DNA of 64,000 bases from Anaerovoracaceae bacterium. Lineage in GTDB: Bacteria; Bacillota; Clostridia; Peptostreptococcales; Anaerovoracaceae. A program made the position numbers and the translations under genes. The notes beneath the pieces were generated by a model. It saw only the letters and a list, made by a program, of their open reading frames with translations, was not told the origin of the DNA and made no database searches. The DNA is taken from the NCBI GenBank assembly GCA_045639825.1, contig JAZUDV010000046.1, positions 29,231 to 93,230 of the forward strand, in the 5' to 3' direction. Below, piece after piece: positions 1 to 7,399 of the stretch (its first letter is position 1; each line of letters begins with the position of its first letter).

Positions 1-164
1 TCATCCTCGAGTCTCAGTATTGCGGCTCTCATCTCTTCAATTACATTTCTTGCGGCATCCTTAACAACGGCAGCACCGTATCTTTCAGATAACACAAAAA
101 GAGGTTCCCGGCTAAGTACTTCATCTACCTTAGGAATTCCCCTTAATAAATCTTTCTTATTCAT
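1..164 (-). CDS. selA: L-seryl-tRNA(Sec) selenium transferase SelA, N-terminal 54 codons only (gene runs off the left edge)
   Basis: Not in the ORF track because it is too short within the window. ATG at 164-162 with GGAGGG (rc of 171-176) 6 nt upstream. Translation MNKKDLLRGIPKVDEVLSREPLFVLSERYGAAVVKDAARNVIEEMRAAILRLED fits the SelA N-terminal domain pattern (LLRxIPxVDxxL). It lies directly downstream of tRNA-Sec on the same strand. Confidence 0.6.
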   Translation of the reverse strand, partial: MNKKDLLRGIPKVDEVLSREPLFVLSERYGAAVVKDAARNVIEEMRAAILRLED

Positions 165-190
165 GCTTCTCCCTCCATAAACAACTAAGG

Positions 191-287
191 TGGCGGGAGT
201 ATGTGGGAATCGAACCCACCCGGGAGGCTACTAACCCCCTACAACGGTTTTGAAGACCGCGAGGCACACCAGCACCTATCTACCCCC
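191..287 (-). tRNA. selC: tRNA-Sec (anticodon UCA)
   Basis: rc of 191-287 = GGGGGTAGATAGGTGCTGGTGTGCCTCGCGGTCTTCAAAACCGTTGTAGGGGGTTAGTAGCCTCCCGGGTGGGTTCGATTCCCACATACTCCCGCCA (97 nt). Anticodon loop CU-UCA-AA, long variable arm, T-arm GTGGG-TTCGATT-CCCAC. The acceptor stem is extended (7 pairs plus one mismatch at position 8), with a G discriminator and encoded CCA. This is the bacterial 8/5 tRNA-Sec layout, flanked by selA. Confidence 0.9.
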
Positions 288-312
288 AAGTCGTACATGG
301 TCGTACCAACAA

Positions 313-341
313 ATATTAACAAAAAAATACTGAAATTTCAA
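313..341 (-). promoter_or_regulatory. candidate sigma-70-type promoter of tRNA-Sec
   Basis: Minus strand reads TTGAAA (rc of 336-341), a 17-nt spacer, then TAATAT (rc of 313-318). The -10 ends about 25 nt upstream of the mature tRNA 5' end at 287. Confidence 0.45.
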
Positions 342-406
342 GGATATATTAAGCAAATAGCAGGTGCAATATGCAAGTATATATCAGCTGCAATAAGCGA
401 ATATAA

Positions 407-680
407 ATATTCACAGTGAATGCGCCCCTACCTGCCCTCTCAGGTGGCGAAAAGGCGCATATTTCACAACATGCGCAAACAGTTGATCATTTGGAGATAA
501 GGAAGTGATACCTATGCAGTCGTATATGACCGCATAGGTATCACTTTTCATTTCTATTTCATCACTACACATGCAACCTCCAACACGCTTTCTCGTCAGT
601 CAGAAAGGAACGCACCTTGAGGCTTGATTTTGGACGAGGTAGGGGCGCGTTTCTTGTGAATATCGATCCTATTGCAATCA
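407..680. repeat. left inverted-repeat arm (IR-L)
   Basis: Outer motif ATATTCACAGTGAATGCGCCCCTACC (407-432). Inner inverted copy at 638-663 (rc ATATTCACAAGAAACGCGCCCCTACC, 22/26 identical). Perfect 13-bp hairpin GTGATACCTATGC...GCATAGGTATCAC at 505-544. Homology to the right arm continues to 680, and a degenerate third motif copy lies at 681-708. Confidence 0.85.
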
Positions 681-888
681 GCAGCGCGTTTTTTGTGAAT
701 TGTAATATGAATCCCTGCTGCCACAAGAACTCGAAGTCGCCGATGTAAATAATGTCTTGAACAATACAAGATACCCATGAAATCCTACATTCTTGAACCG
801 TATTATTTATAATTGATGACTATAGTATCGCGTTGCAGTATAAATAAATCTCTACTTTGAAACAGAAGAATAAACGGAAAGGATTAAT

Positions 889-1710
889 ATGAATATTCTC
901 GAATACGCTGAAAGAGAGAAGCAACGCGCTGAACGTGAGCTAAAGCAAAAGAAAGCTGAGCTCCGAAAGCTATCGCGTGGTCGGCTTGAATGTCATAGAC
1001 GTGGCAACAATTGGACGTGGAAAATCGTCACTAATGGAAAGAAAAAATATCTATCTAAGCGCAAACATACTCAAATTGCAGAGTCGCTAGCATACAAGCG
1101 TAAGCTTCAGCAAGACATCGATTACTTGGATAATCATATATGTGCGTTAACCTCATTTATTCGAATGGATTCACCTGCGCGAGTGAATATTCCCAAGGAT
1201 AAGCGTTCCAAAACAAACGAGGAAATAGATAGGTTGGCTAAGGCATATTATGACAGAACTCATCCTGAAATAACCGCAAAGCGCTTGTCTAATCAAATTG
1301 CACTTGAAGAAAATATTCAAAAATTCAAAGGAAAAGACATCGAGAAAGCAGAGTACCCTATTAAATCAATGTGGGGTCTACGCTTTCGTTCCAAATCTGA
1401 AGCATTGATTTATGAACGTCTTCGTGCCCATGATTTGTTGGTTTTATATGAATCTGACCTCGAGATAAATGGCAAAATGCGCAGCCCTGATTTCATAGTA
1501 TATAACAGACGTACCAATCAACCTATTGTGTGGGAGCACTTTGGTAAAATGAATAGTCCAGGTTATCTTAACAAAAACAAGAATAAAATACTTCAATACC
1601 TTGAAGCCGGTTATATTCCTAACATCAACATGATTGCAACCTTTGAAATTGATGATAATAGTATAGATTTGCAATATATCGAATCATTGATAGAAGTTTT
1701 TTTATTATAA
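889..1710 (+). CDS. hypothetical protein: coiled-coil N-terminus plus C-terminal PD-(D/E)XK-like (TnsA/Vsr-like) nuclease core
   Basis: 273-aa ORF with an AAAGGA SD 7 nt upstream of the ATG. The N-terminus EREKQRAERELKQKKAELRKL is coiled-coil-like. The C-terminus reads RFRSKSEALIYERLRAHDLLVLYESDLEINGKMRSPDFIVYNRRTNQPIVWEHFGK, which fits a restriction-endonuclease-fold pattern (S.SE...PDF.V...hWEHxG). It looks AT-richer than neighbouring genes by eye. The family assignment is not verified. Confidence 0.6.
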   Translation: MNILEYAEREKQRAERELKQKKAELRKLSRGRLECHRRGNNWTWKIVTNGKKKYLSKRKHTQIAESLAYKRKLQQDIDYLDNHICALTSFIRMDSPARVNIPKDKRSKTNEEIDRLAKAYYDRTHPEITAKRLSNQIALEENIQKFKGKDIEKAEYPIKSMWGLRFRSKSEALIYERLRAHDLLVLYESDLEINGKMRSPDFIVYNRRTNQPIVWEHFGKMNSPGYLNKNKNKILQYLEAGYIPNINMIATFEIDDNSIDLQYIESLIEVFLL

Positions 1711-1731
1711 TGTCGTTCTGCCAATGTTGGT

Positions 1732-2004
1732 TGATTGCAATAGAATCGATATTCACAAGAAATGCGCCCCTATCTCATCAAAAATCAAGCCTCAAGGTGC
1801 GTTTCTTTCTGACTGACGAGCAAGCGAGTTGGATGTTGCGTATGTAGTAATGAAATAGAAATGAAAAGTGATACCTATGCGTTCATATACGACCGATAGG
1901 TATCACTTCCTTATCTCCAAACAATCAACTGTTTGCGCACGTTGTGAAATATGCGCCTTTTCGCCACCTGAGAAGGCAGGTAGGGGCGCATTCGTTGTGA
2001 ATAT
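1732..2004. repeat. right inverted-repeat arm (IR-R)
   Basis: Reverse complement matches 407-680. Inner motif ATATTCACAAGAAATGCGCCCCTATC starts at 1749. Outer end is GGTAGGGGCGCATTCGTTGTGAATAT, ending at 2004. The hairpin at 1868-1906 is reduced to 11 bp by substitutions. Confidence 0.85.
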
Positions 2005-2024
2005 AAGCTTCAGCAAATAAGAAT

Positions 2025-2270
2025 CTACTGATTCTGAGCGGCTCTCAGTGCTTTGCAGAGCTGATCCGAGCAGGATGTCGGCTTGAAACCGCACCTGATC
2101 CCTTCAAGTTTCTCGCAAGCCTCATCAACAGTCATTCCGGCAACCAACCTGGATACAGCCTGCAGATTGCCATGGCATCCGCCGGTAAATGTAACTTCTT
2201 TAATTATGTCTCCATCGAGTTCCAGCTCTATCATCTGTGAGCAGACGCCCTGAGGGTAGTATACGAACAT
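2025..2270 (-). CDS. TSCPD domain-containing small Cys-rich protein (TIGR03905-like)
   Basis: 81 aa, with GGCHGN and FKPTSCSDQL motifs and GGAG 7 nt upstream of the ATG. Confidence 0.75.
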   Translation of the reverse strand: MFVYYPQGVCSQMIELELDGDIIKEVTFTGGCHGNLQAVSRLVAGMTVDEACEKLEGIRCGFKPTSCSDQLCKALRAAQNQ

Positions 2271-2336
2271 CTTTCAACTCCTATGTGTTTACAACAGTGA
2301 TTTGATTTCACATTTTTTGTAGTAGCACAGCTATTC

Positions 2337-2912
2337 TTACAGTCCGATCTCGTCTGCGATTTCCAGCATTGACTCGATAGAGATGTCGATGAACTCATCC
2401 CAGCTGATGCCGGTCTTCTCGATTAGCATCATATACTGTCTGTTAGCGCCGGCAGCGAATCTTGTTTCGTTATATCTCTTGGCAACAGATTTGTGCTTAA
2501 CGCTTGCAAGCTTCTTATCAGGATAGATCTGAGCAACAGCCTTAACAAATCCACTCATCGGGTCAGCAGCGATAAGTGCATACTCCAATGTAGTTTCCGG
2601 ATTCTTGCCGCAAGTTGGGTTATGAGCCATGATAGCATTTGTCATTCTCTCATCGTCATATCCTTCGTCCTGCAGAATCTTCTTGGATGTTGGACCATGT
2701 GTTGACAGGTCTTCTCTCCATGGGCAAGTTTCCTCGTCCAGGTCATGAAGCAGTCCACAGATACCCCAGTATTCAACTTCATCCGGTGCCAGCTTCTTAG
2801 CCAGACCCTTCATGATAGCCTCAACCGCCATACTATGAGTAATATAATTCTCTCCCTTAACATGCTTGTTCAGGATTTCCCAAGCCTTATCTCTTGTTAA
2901 TGTATCTGCCAT
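2337..2912 (-). CDS. HD/HDIG-domain metal-dependent phosphohydrolase
   Basis: HD motif in ICGLLHDLDEE. I prefer the start at MADTLTRDK (ATG 2912-2910), which has GGAGG (rc of 2919-2923) 6 nt upstream, over the track start at 2945. Confidence 0.8.
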   Translation of the reverse strand: MADTLTRDKAWEILNKHVKGENYITHSMAVEAIMKGLAKKLAPDEVEYWGICGLLHDLDEETCPWREDLSTHGPTSKKILQDEGYDDERMTNAIMAHNPTCGKNPETTLEYALIAADPMSGFVKAVAQIYPDKKLASVKHKSVAKRYNETRFAAGANRQYMMLIEKTGISWDEFIDISIESMLEIADEIGL

Positions 2913-2922
2913 CTTATGCCTC

Positions 2923-3750
2923 CTAGCTTTCAATTGAAATAGCAAGTTTTACTACCTTGGTAAAGGTCTCCTCTACCTTGCTTCTGTTATCGAAAATATC
3001 TTGTCCGCTAATCGCTTTGCCCATAATACCGGCTGCCCAGTTAGACAAGAATGAAATACCTATTATTTCAAGGCCTGCCTGATTGGCAACAATAGCTTCC
3101 GGAACGCTGGACATACCTACTGCATCAGCTCCGATAACTCTCAAGAACCTGATTTCAGCAGGTGTTTCGAATGAAGGGCCATGCATCATTGTATAAACGC
3201 CTTCTCTGATTGGAATATCCTGATCGAAACAAGCTCTCTTCAGTTTCTTTCTCAATTCCTTATTATATGTGTCTGTCATATCAGGGAAACGTGGACCAAA
3301 TTCTTCAAGATTCTTACCTATCAGCGGATTGTCTCCCGATAAATTAATATGATCGCTGATAAGCATTAAATCACACTCATTCCAATCTGTATTGATACAA
3401 CCGGCCGCATTGGTGATAATTAATCTCTTAATTCCGAGCTTGATCAGAACCCTTACAGGAAGAGTAACCTCCTGCATTTGAAATCCTTCATAGAAATGGA
3501 ATCTTCCGGCAAGAGCGATTACCTTCTTCCCATCGACCAATCCATATGTAACGACACCGGTGTGTCCCTGAACATGAGGCTGTTTAAAACCCGGGATATC
3601 TGTATACTTAATTTCAGTAATTACATCAATCTGTTTAGAGAAATCATTTAATCCTGAACCAAGTATAATTCCGACCTCGGCATCTCCAACACCTCTGTTT
3701 CTTAAATAAGCTGTAGCGCCTTCAATTAAGTTAGTTAGTGAAATATCCAT
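2923..3750 (-). CDS. punA: purine nucleoside phosphorylase (PunA-type)
   Basis: 275 aa with IILGSGL, GRFHFYEG and ITNAAG motifs, typical of trimeric PNP. Confidence 0.85.
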   Translation of the reverse strand: MDISLTNLIEGATAYLRNRGVGDAEVGIILGSGLNDFSKQIDVITEIKYTDIPGFKQPHVQGHTGVVTYGLVDGKKVIALAGRFHFYEGFQMQEVTLPVRVLIKLGIKRLIITNAAGCINTDWNECDLMLISDHINLSGDNPLIGKNLEEFGPRFPDMTDTYNKELRKKLKRACFDQDIPIREGVYTMMHGPSFETPAEIRFLRVIGADAVGMSSVPEAIVANQAGLEIIGISFLSNWAAGIMGKAISGQDIFDNRSKVEETFTKVVKLAISIES

Positions 3751-3759
3751 ACTATTCTC

Positions 3760-4785
3760 CTATTTAATTAACAACTCAGCAATCTGAACTGCATTTGTTG
3801 CCGCGCCCTTTCTTACCTGATCGCCGCAACACCACAGATTAATACCATTTTCATTAGCCAAATCTCTTCTGATTCTGCCTACATAAACCAAATCCTGATT
3901 AGAGGTCTCGAGTGGCATTGGATATACGTGATTGTCGCCATCATCGCAAAGCTTGCATCCTGCAGCAGCCTCGACAGCCTTGCGAACAGCATCAATCTCG
4001 AGTCTGGACTCGGTAATTACGCATGCAGAAATCGCATGTGAACGCTCAACCGGCACACGTACGCAAGTACAGCTGACATTCAGCTCCGGAAGGTGCATGA
4101 TTTTGCGGCCCTCATTCTGGAGCTTCATTTCCTCACTTGAATATCCGTTCTCACCAAATCCGCCAATCTGCGGGATCAGGTTGAATGCAATCTGATGCTG
4201 GAAGACATGTGGTTCCGCCTTAACACCGTAATAAACACCGGCTTCACCCGCATTGCGTCCGTCAATTACCTGCTCAGCCTGAGCGTACATTTCCTTAGGA
4301 CCGGCAGCTCCTGCACCGCTTGTTGCCTGATAAGTTGATGCATACATAGCTTTAATCGGGCTCAGCTTGTTGATTGCGTTAACTGCAACGAGTGTGATAA
4401 TTGTTGAGCAGTTAGGATTGGAGATAATTCCGTTGTGCTTGAGCGCATCCTCAGGATTAATCTCCGGAACAACCAGCGGAACATCCGGATTGAGTCTGAA
4501 AGCACTTGAATTATCAACGAAAACAGCTCCGGCTGCTTTGATGTGAGGTGCCATCGCCTCAGCGATGTCGTTCTCGCTGGCACCGAGAACGATGTCCAGT
4601 CCCTCGAAAGCCTCAGGGCATGTACGCTGGACAGTCACCTCACCAAAGGCGGTCTGCAACTTCTTGCCCTCAGATCTCTCACTTGCAAGACATCTCAACT
4701 CATCAACCGGAAAGTTTCTCTCTCTAAGTATTTTTATCATTTCCTGGCCGACAGCTCCTGTCGCACCCATAATACCTACTTTCAT
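3760..4785 (-). CDS. asd: aspartate-semialdehyde dehydrogenase
   Basis: 341 aa with GATGAVG at the N-terminus and the active-site context SNPNCSTI. Adjacent to aspartate kinase and hom. Confidence 0.92.
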   Translation of the reverse strand: MKVGIMGATGAVGQEMIKILRERNFPVDELRCLASERSEGKKLQTAFGEVTVQRTCPEAFEGLDIVLGASENDIAEAMAPHIKAAGAVFVDNSSAFRLNPDVPLVVPEINPEDALKHNGIISNPNCSTIITLVAVNAINKLSPIKAMYASTYQATSGAGAAGPKEMYAQAEQVIDGRNAGEAGVYYGVKAEPHVFQHQIAFNLIPQIGGFGENGYSSEEMKLQNEGRKIMHLPELNVSCTCVRVPVERSHAISACVITESRLEIDAVRKAVEAAAGCKLCDDGDNHVYPMPLETSNQDLVYVGRIRRDLANENGINLWCCGDQVRKGAATNAVQIAELLIK

Positions 4786-4798
4786 CTATCCTCTCCTC

Positions 4799-6124
4799 TT
4801 AACAAGCAAAACTGTCATACAAGATCTTAACAGTTTTGTTAAAGTCCTCAGTATATACGCAGATCATAATCGTAATCTCATCAGCGCCCTGCTCGATTGT
4901 TCTAATGTTGATCTTGTTATCTCCAAGTGCACCGAAAATACGTCCGGAAACACCTGTCCTATAAGCCATCTGGCGTCCGACAATTGCGATAAGGCTGACG
5001 CCATCTGTAATATCGCATCTGTCAATCTGAGTTTCCTCGCGAAGCGCCGCCATAATCTCATACTTCTTTCCATCGATAGCCTCACTCGGAACAACTACAG
5101 AAATGCTGTCCACACCGGTAGGAATCTGCTCGATAGGAACATCATATTTATCGAAAATTGCCAGAACCTTACGCAGCAAAATGATTTTGTCCTCACCCAG
5201 ACTGGACTCATAAACATTGACTATTGAGAAGTCCTTCTTACCTGCAATGCCTGTAATGAAGCGATCCTTCTCTTCCTTGCTGTCGTGTTCAAAATCCTCA
5301 CGGATGATTGTGCCCGGGTTATCCGGTTCATTGGTATTCCTGATGTTAACAGGGATGTCGTTGATTCTTACAGGGAAAATCGTATCCTCATGCAGAACAG
5401 CAGCTCCCATATAGGAAAGCGCACGGAGCTCGTCATAAGTGACATGCTCGATAGTCTTAGGATTATCGACAATGCGCGGATCCACCATCTTGATACCATT
5501 TACATCTGTCCAATTCTCGTATATGGATGCCTTTACAGCAGCCGCAGCAATAGCACCGGTAATGTCCGAACCTCCACGACTGAACACCTTGATGTCACCG
5601 TTAGGCATTGCGCCATAGAAACCAGGTGTAACGATTTTGCCGTAAACGCCGTACAGCTCGTTTAAATTATTCTCCGACTTAGCAAAGTCAACCTCGCCCT
5701 TGAAGTTGAATACCAGCCATTCAGCTGCATCTACGAACTTAAATCCGAGGTACTCAGCCATCAGCATTGCGCAGAAATACTCACCTCTTGACGCAATGTA
5801 ATCAACGCTTGTTCTCTTAGTCATCTCGTCGAAAACTTTGTTTATTTCCGATTCGATGTCAAAGGTAAGACCGCATTCGTTCCTTATCTCTACATATCTG
5901 TCGACAATCATTTTCTTAATATTATCGAAAGGCACATCATATTTCAGATGTGCATGGCAGAGATATAACAAATCGGTAATCTTGCTATCTTCCGAATCAC
6001 GACGGCCGGGAGCACTTACAACAACAACGTTGCGGCTCTCGTCCGACTCAACTATTTTCTTAACCTTGGCGAACTGAGCACTACTTGCAAGGCTCGAGCC
6101 GCCGAATTTTAGTACTTTGATCAT
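4799..6124 (-). CDS. aspartate kinase (monofunctional)
   Basis: 441 aa starting MIKVLKFGGSSL (amino-acid kinase N-terminus) with a C-terminal ACT-like region. GGAG SD upstream. Confidence 0.9.
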   Translation of the reverse strand: MIKVLKFGGSSLASSAQFAKVKKIVESDESRNVVVVSAPGRRDSEDSKITDLLYLCHAHLKYDVPFDNIKKMIVDRYVEIRNECGLTFDIESEINKVFDEMTKRTSVDYIASRGEYFCAMLMAEYLGFKFVDAAEWLVFNFKGEVDFAKSENNLNELYGVYGKIVTPGFYGAMPNGDIKVFSRGGSDITGAIAAAAVKASIYENWTDVNGIKMVDPRIVDNPKTIEHVTYDELRALSYMGAAVLHEDTIFPVRINDIPVNIRNTNEPDNPGTIIREDFEHDSKEEKDRFITGIAGKKDFSIVNVYESSLGEDKIILLRKVLAIFDKYDVPIEQIPTGVDSISVVVPSEAIDGKKYEIMAALREETQIDRCDITDGVSLIAIVGRQMAYRTGVSGRIFGALGDNKINIRTIEQGADEITIMICVYTEDFNKTVKILYDSFAC

Positions 6125-6155
6125 TTAGAACTCCTAATTAGTCTGTTGACTTAAC

Positions 6156-7286
6156 TTACTCTTTAACTGCCGCAAAGAACAGCTTTAACTTTTTGGCTGC
6201 ACAGGTGCGTGCAATCATATGCATCTCTGCAACAGATACCTTCTTAGCTATACCGCGCTTGCCGTTGTAGCTGAGATAATATGATTGAACCTCACTGTTA
6301 TTATCTATTATTACCGGCTCACTGTTGTAGATATGCTGAACCGGTCCTCCCTGCATAATATCAACTACGTCCTGGATTACGGATTCGCCTGTCGGCAACA
6401 TACCGGCACCCTGTCCATAGAAGCTCTGCGTTCCGATACTCTCACCAACAAGAGTTATTAGGTTGTTGTTGGTACCGACATTCGCCTCTAGAGTATCTGC
6501 CTTGAAGAGTGTTGGCTCAACATAAACCGTTATCCTGCCATCGCCCACTCTTCTTGCATTCATCATAAGTTTGCAGGTATAGCCATGTTCGTTGAACCAT
6601 TCAATGTCTTTCTTATCAATCTTATCTATTCCACAGCATGGAACGTCCTGTTCGTTAATAACAGTATTGAATGCGATATTAGCACTAATTACGGTCTTGC
6701 GAAGAGTGTCTGTTCCTTCAACGTCTGAAGATGGATCCGCCTCTGCATAGCCGAGTTCCTGTGCCTTCTTAAGAACCTGTGAGTAGTCGGCTCCATCCTT
6801 GTGCATCGCATCAAGAATGTAATTGCAGGTTCCATTCACTATGCCCCTGACTTCAAGAATCTTGTCACAGCGTTTAGTTCTCTCAAGGTTGTACAGCCAA
6901 GGAATTCCACCTCCTGCTGTCGGAGTGAACTTTAAGGTGACGTCATTATCAAGAGCAGTACACATCAGTTCATCATAGCATGCACTGATAAGATTCTTGT
7001 TAGGCGTTACAACATGTTTTCCTGCATTCAAGCATGCCAGAACATATTCTCTTGCAGGCTCTACTCCGCCCATTGACTCAACAACAACATCAATGCTGTC
7101 ATCCTGCCATATTTCTTCAGGAGCTGCCGTAAAAATGCCGAGATTTCCGTCATCTTTCAATGTGCCTTCATACTCAGGACGAAGCCTTCTTGAGAAGATT
7201 TTTACAACCTCGACGCCAGCTGTTTCTTTTGCAATTGTGTAGGCACCAAATCCAACGGTGCCAAATCCCATGATTCCTATCTTCAT
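6156..7286 (-). CDS. hom: homoserine dehydrogenase
   Basis: 376 aa with a GFGTVG NAD-binding loop and GYAEADPS motif. First gene of the hom, aspartate kinase, asd string. Confidence 0.88.
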   Translation of the reverse strand: MKIGIMGFGTVGFGAYTIAKETAGVEVVKIFSRRLRPEYEGTLKDDGNLGIFTAAPEEIWQDDSIDVVVESMGGVEPAREYVLACLNAGKHVVTPNKNLISACYDELMCTALDNDVTLKFTPTAGGGIPWLYNLERTKRCDKILEVRGIVNGTCNYILDAMHKDGADYSQVLKKAQELGYAEADPSSDVEGTDTLRKTVISANIAFNTVINEQDVPCCGIDKIDKKDIEWFNEHGYTCKLMMNARRVGDGRITVYVEPTLFKADTLEANVGTNNNLITLVGESIGTQSFYGQGAGMLPTGESVIQDVVDIMQGGPVQHIYNSEPVIIDNNSEVQSYYLSYNGKRGIAKKVSVAEMHMIARTCAAKKLKLFFAAVKE

Positions 7287-7399
7287 CTTTTCTCCAGTCT
7301 GCGGACAGATTTCTTGATTAGTTCGCGTTCCGAAAACACTTGTCTTTATCCAGTGAATAATGTATCATAAAAATACATTTTTTTCAACAGGAGTACATC

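Larger units (their letters stand above)
407..2004. mobile_element. 1.6-kb cassette bounded by ~274-bp imperfect inverted repeats, carrying one nuclease-like ORF; unclassified (foldback or MITE-flanked element, or an invertible segment)
   Basis: Segment 407-680 aligns end to end with the reverse complement of 1732-2004, with about two dozen differences by eye (~90% identity). The central 1.05 kb holds ORF 889..1710. I recognise no transposase or integrase and see no clear target-site duplication. It sits between the selC promoter and the stop codon (2025) of the TSCPD gene. Confidence 0.55.

Noticed and set aside
412-418. The left end of the cassette contains CACAGTG, identical to the V(D)J RSS / Transib heptamer
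   Set aside because: A 7-mer match is expected by chance. The right end reads CACAACG on the other strand. There is no nonamer, no RAG or Transib-like protein, and this is a bacterium.
201-419. 72-aa plus-strand ORF (MWESNPPGRLL...)
   Set aside because: Its 5' part is simply the antisense of the tRNA-Sec gene (191-287) and the rest runs through the selC promoter region. It has no SD and no recognisable domain.
407-680. Possibility that the ~270-nt arms are a known housekeeping RNA of similar size (large SRP RNA, 6S, RNase P, tmRNA)
   Set aside because: I could not find the conserved cores: the SRP domain IV GGAA/AGCA motifs, the RNase P GAGGAAAGUCC, or the tmRNA tRNA-like end. Two diverged inverted copies flanking an ORF is also not how such genes are organised. 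An Rfam scan would still be worthwhile.
596-778. 60-aa minus-strand ORF inside or next to the left repeat arm, and the analogous 63-aa ORF at 1903..2094 in the right arm
   Set aside because: Both lie in repeat DNA and lack an SD. They are not equivalent to each other despite the arm homology, and the second overlaps the 3' end of the TSCPD gene. They are most likely chance ORFs.
288-2024. Classical integrase-mediated island at a tRNA gene
   Set aside because: The cassette lies on the 5' (promoter) side of tRNA-Sec rather than at its 3' end. There is no integrase gene and no direct repeat of the tRNA 3' end.
4565-5227. 220-aa plus-strand ORF. The same applies to other long antisense ORFs: 20614..21339 (241 aa), 37297..37839 (180 aa), 48080..48661 (193 aa), 57394..57912 (172 aa) and 61562..62242 (226 aa).
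   Set aside because: Each lies entirely opposite a gene with clear family motifs (asd/aspartate kinase, the membrane and GNAT genes, ABC-2 permease, pxpA, aroC/aroA, the coiled-coil protein). They have low-complexity or Ser/Leu/Cys-rich translations and no SD, so they are typical shadow ORFs.
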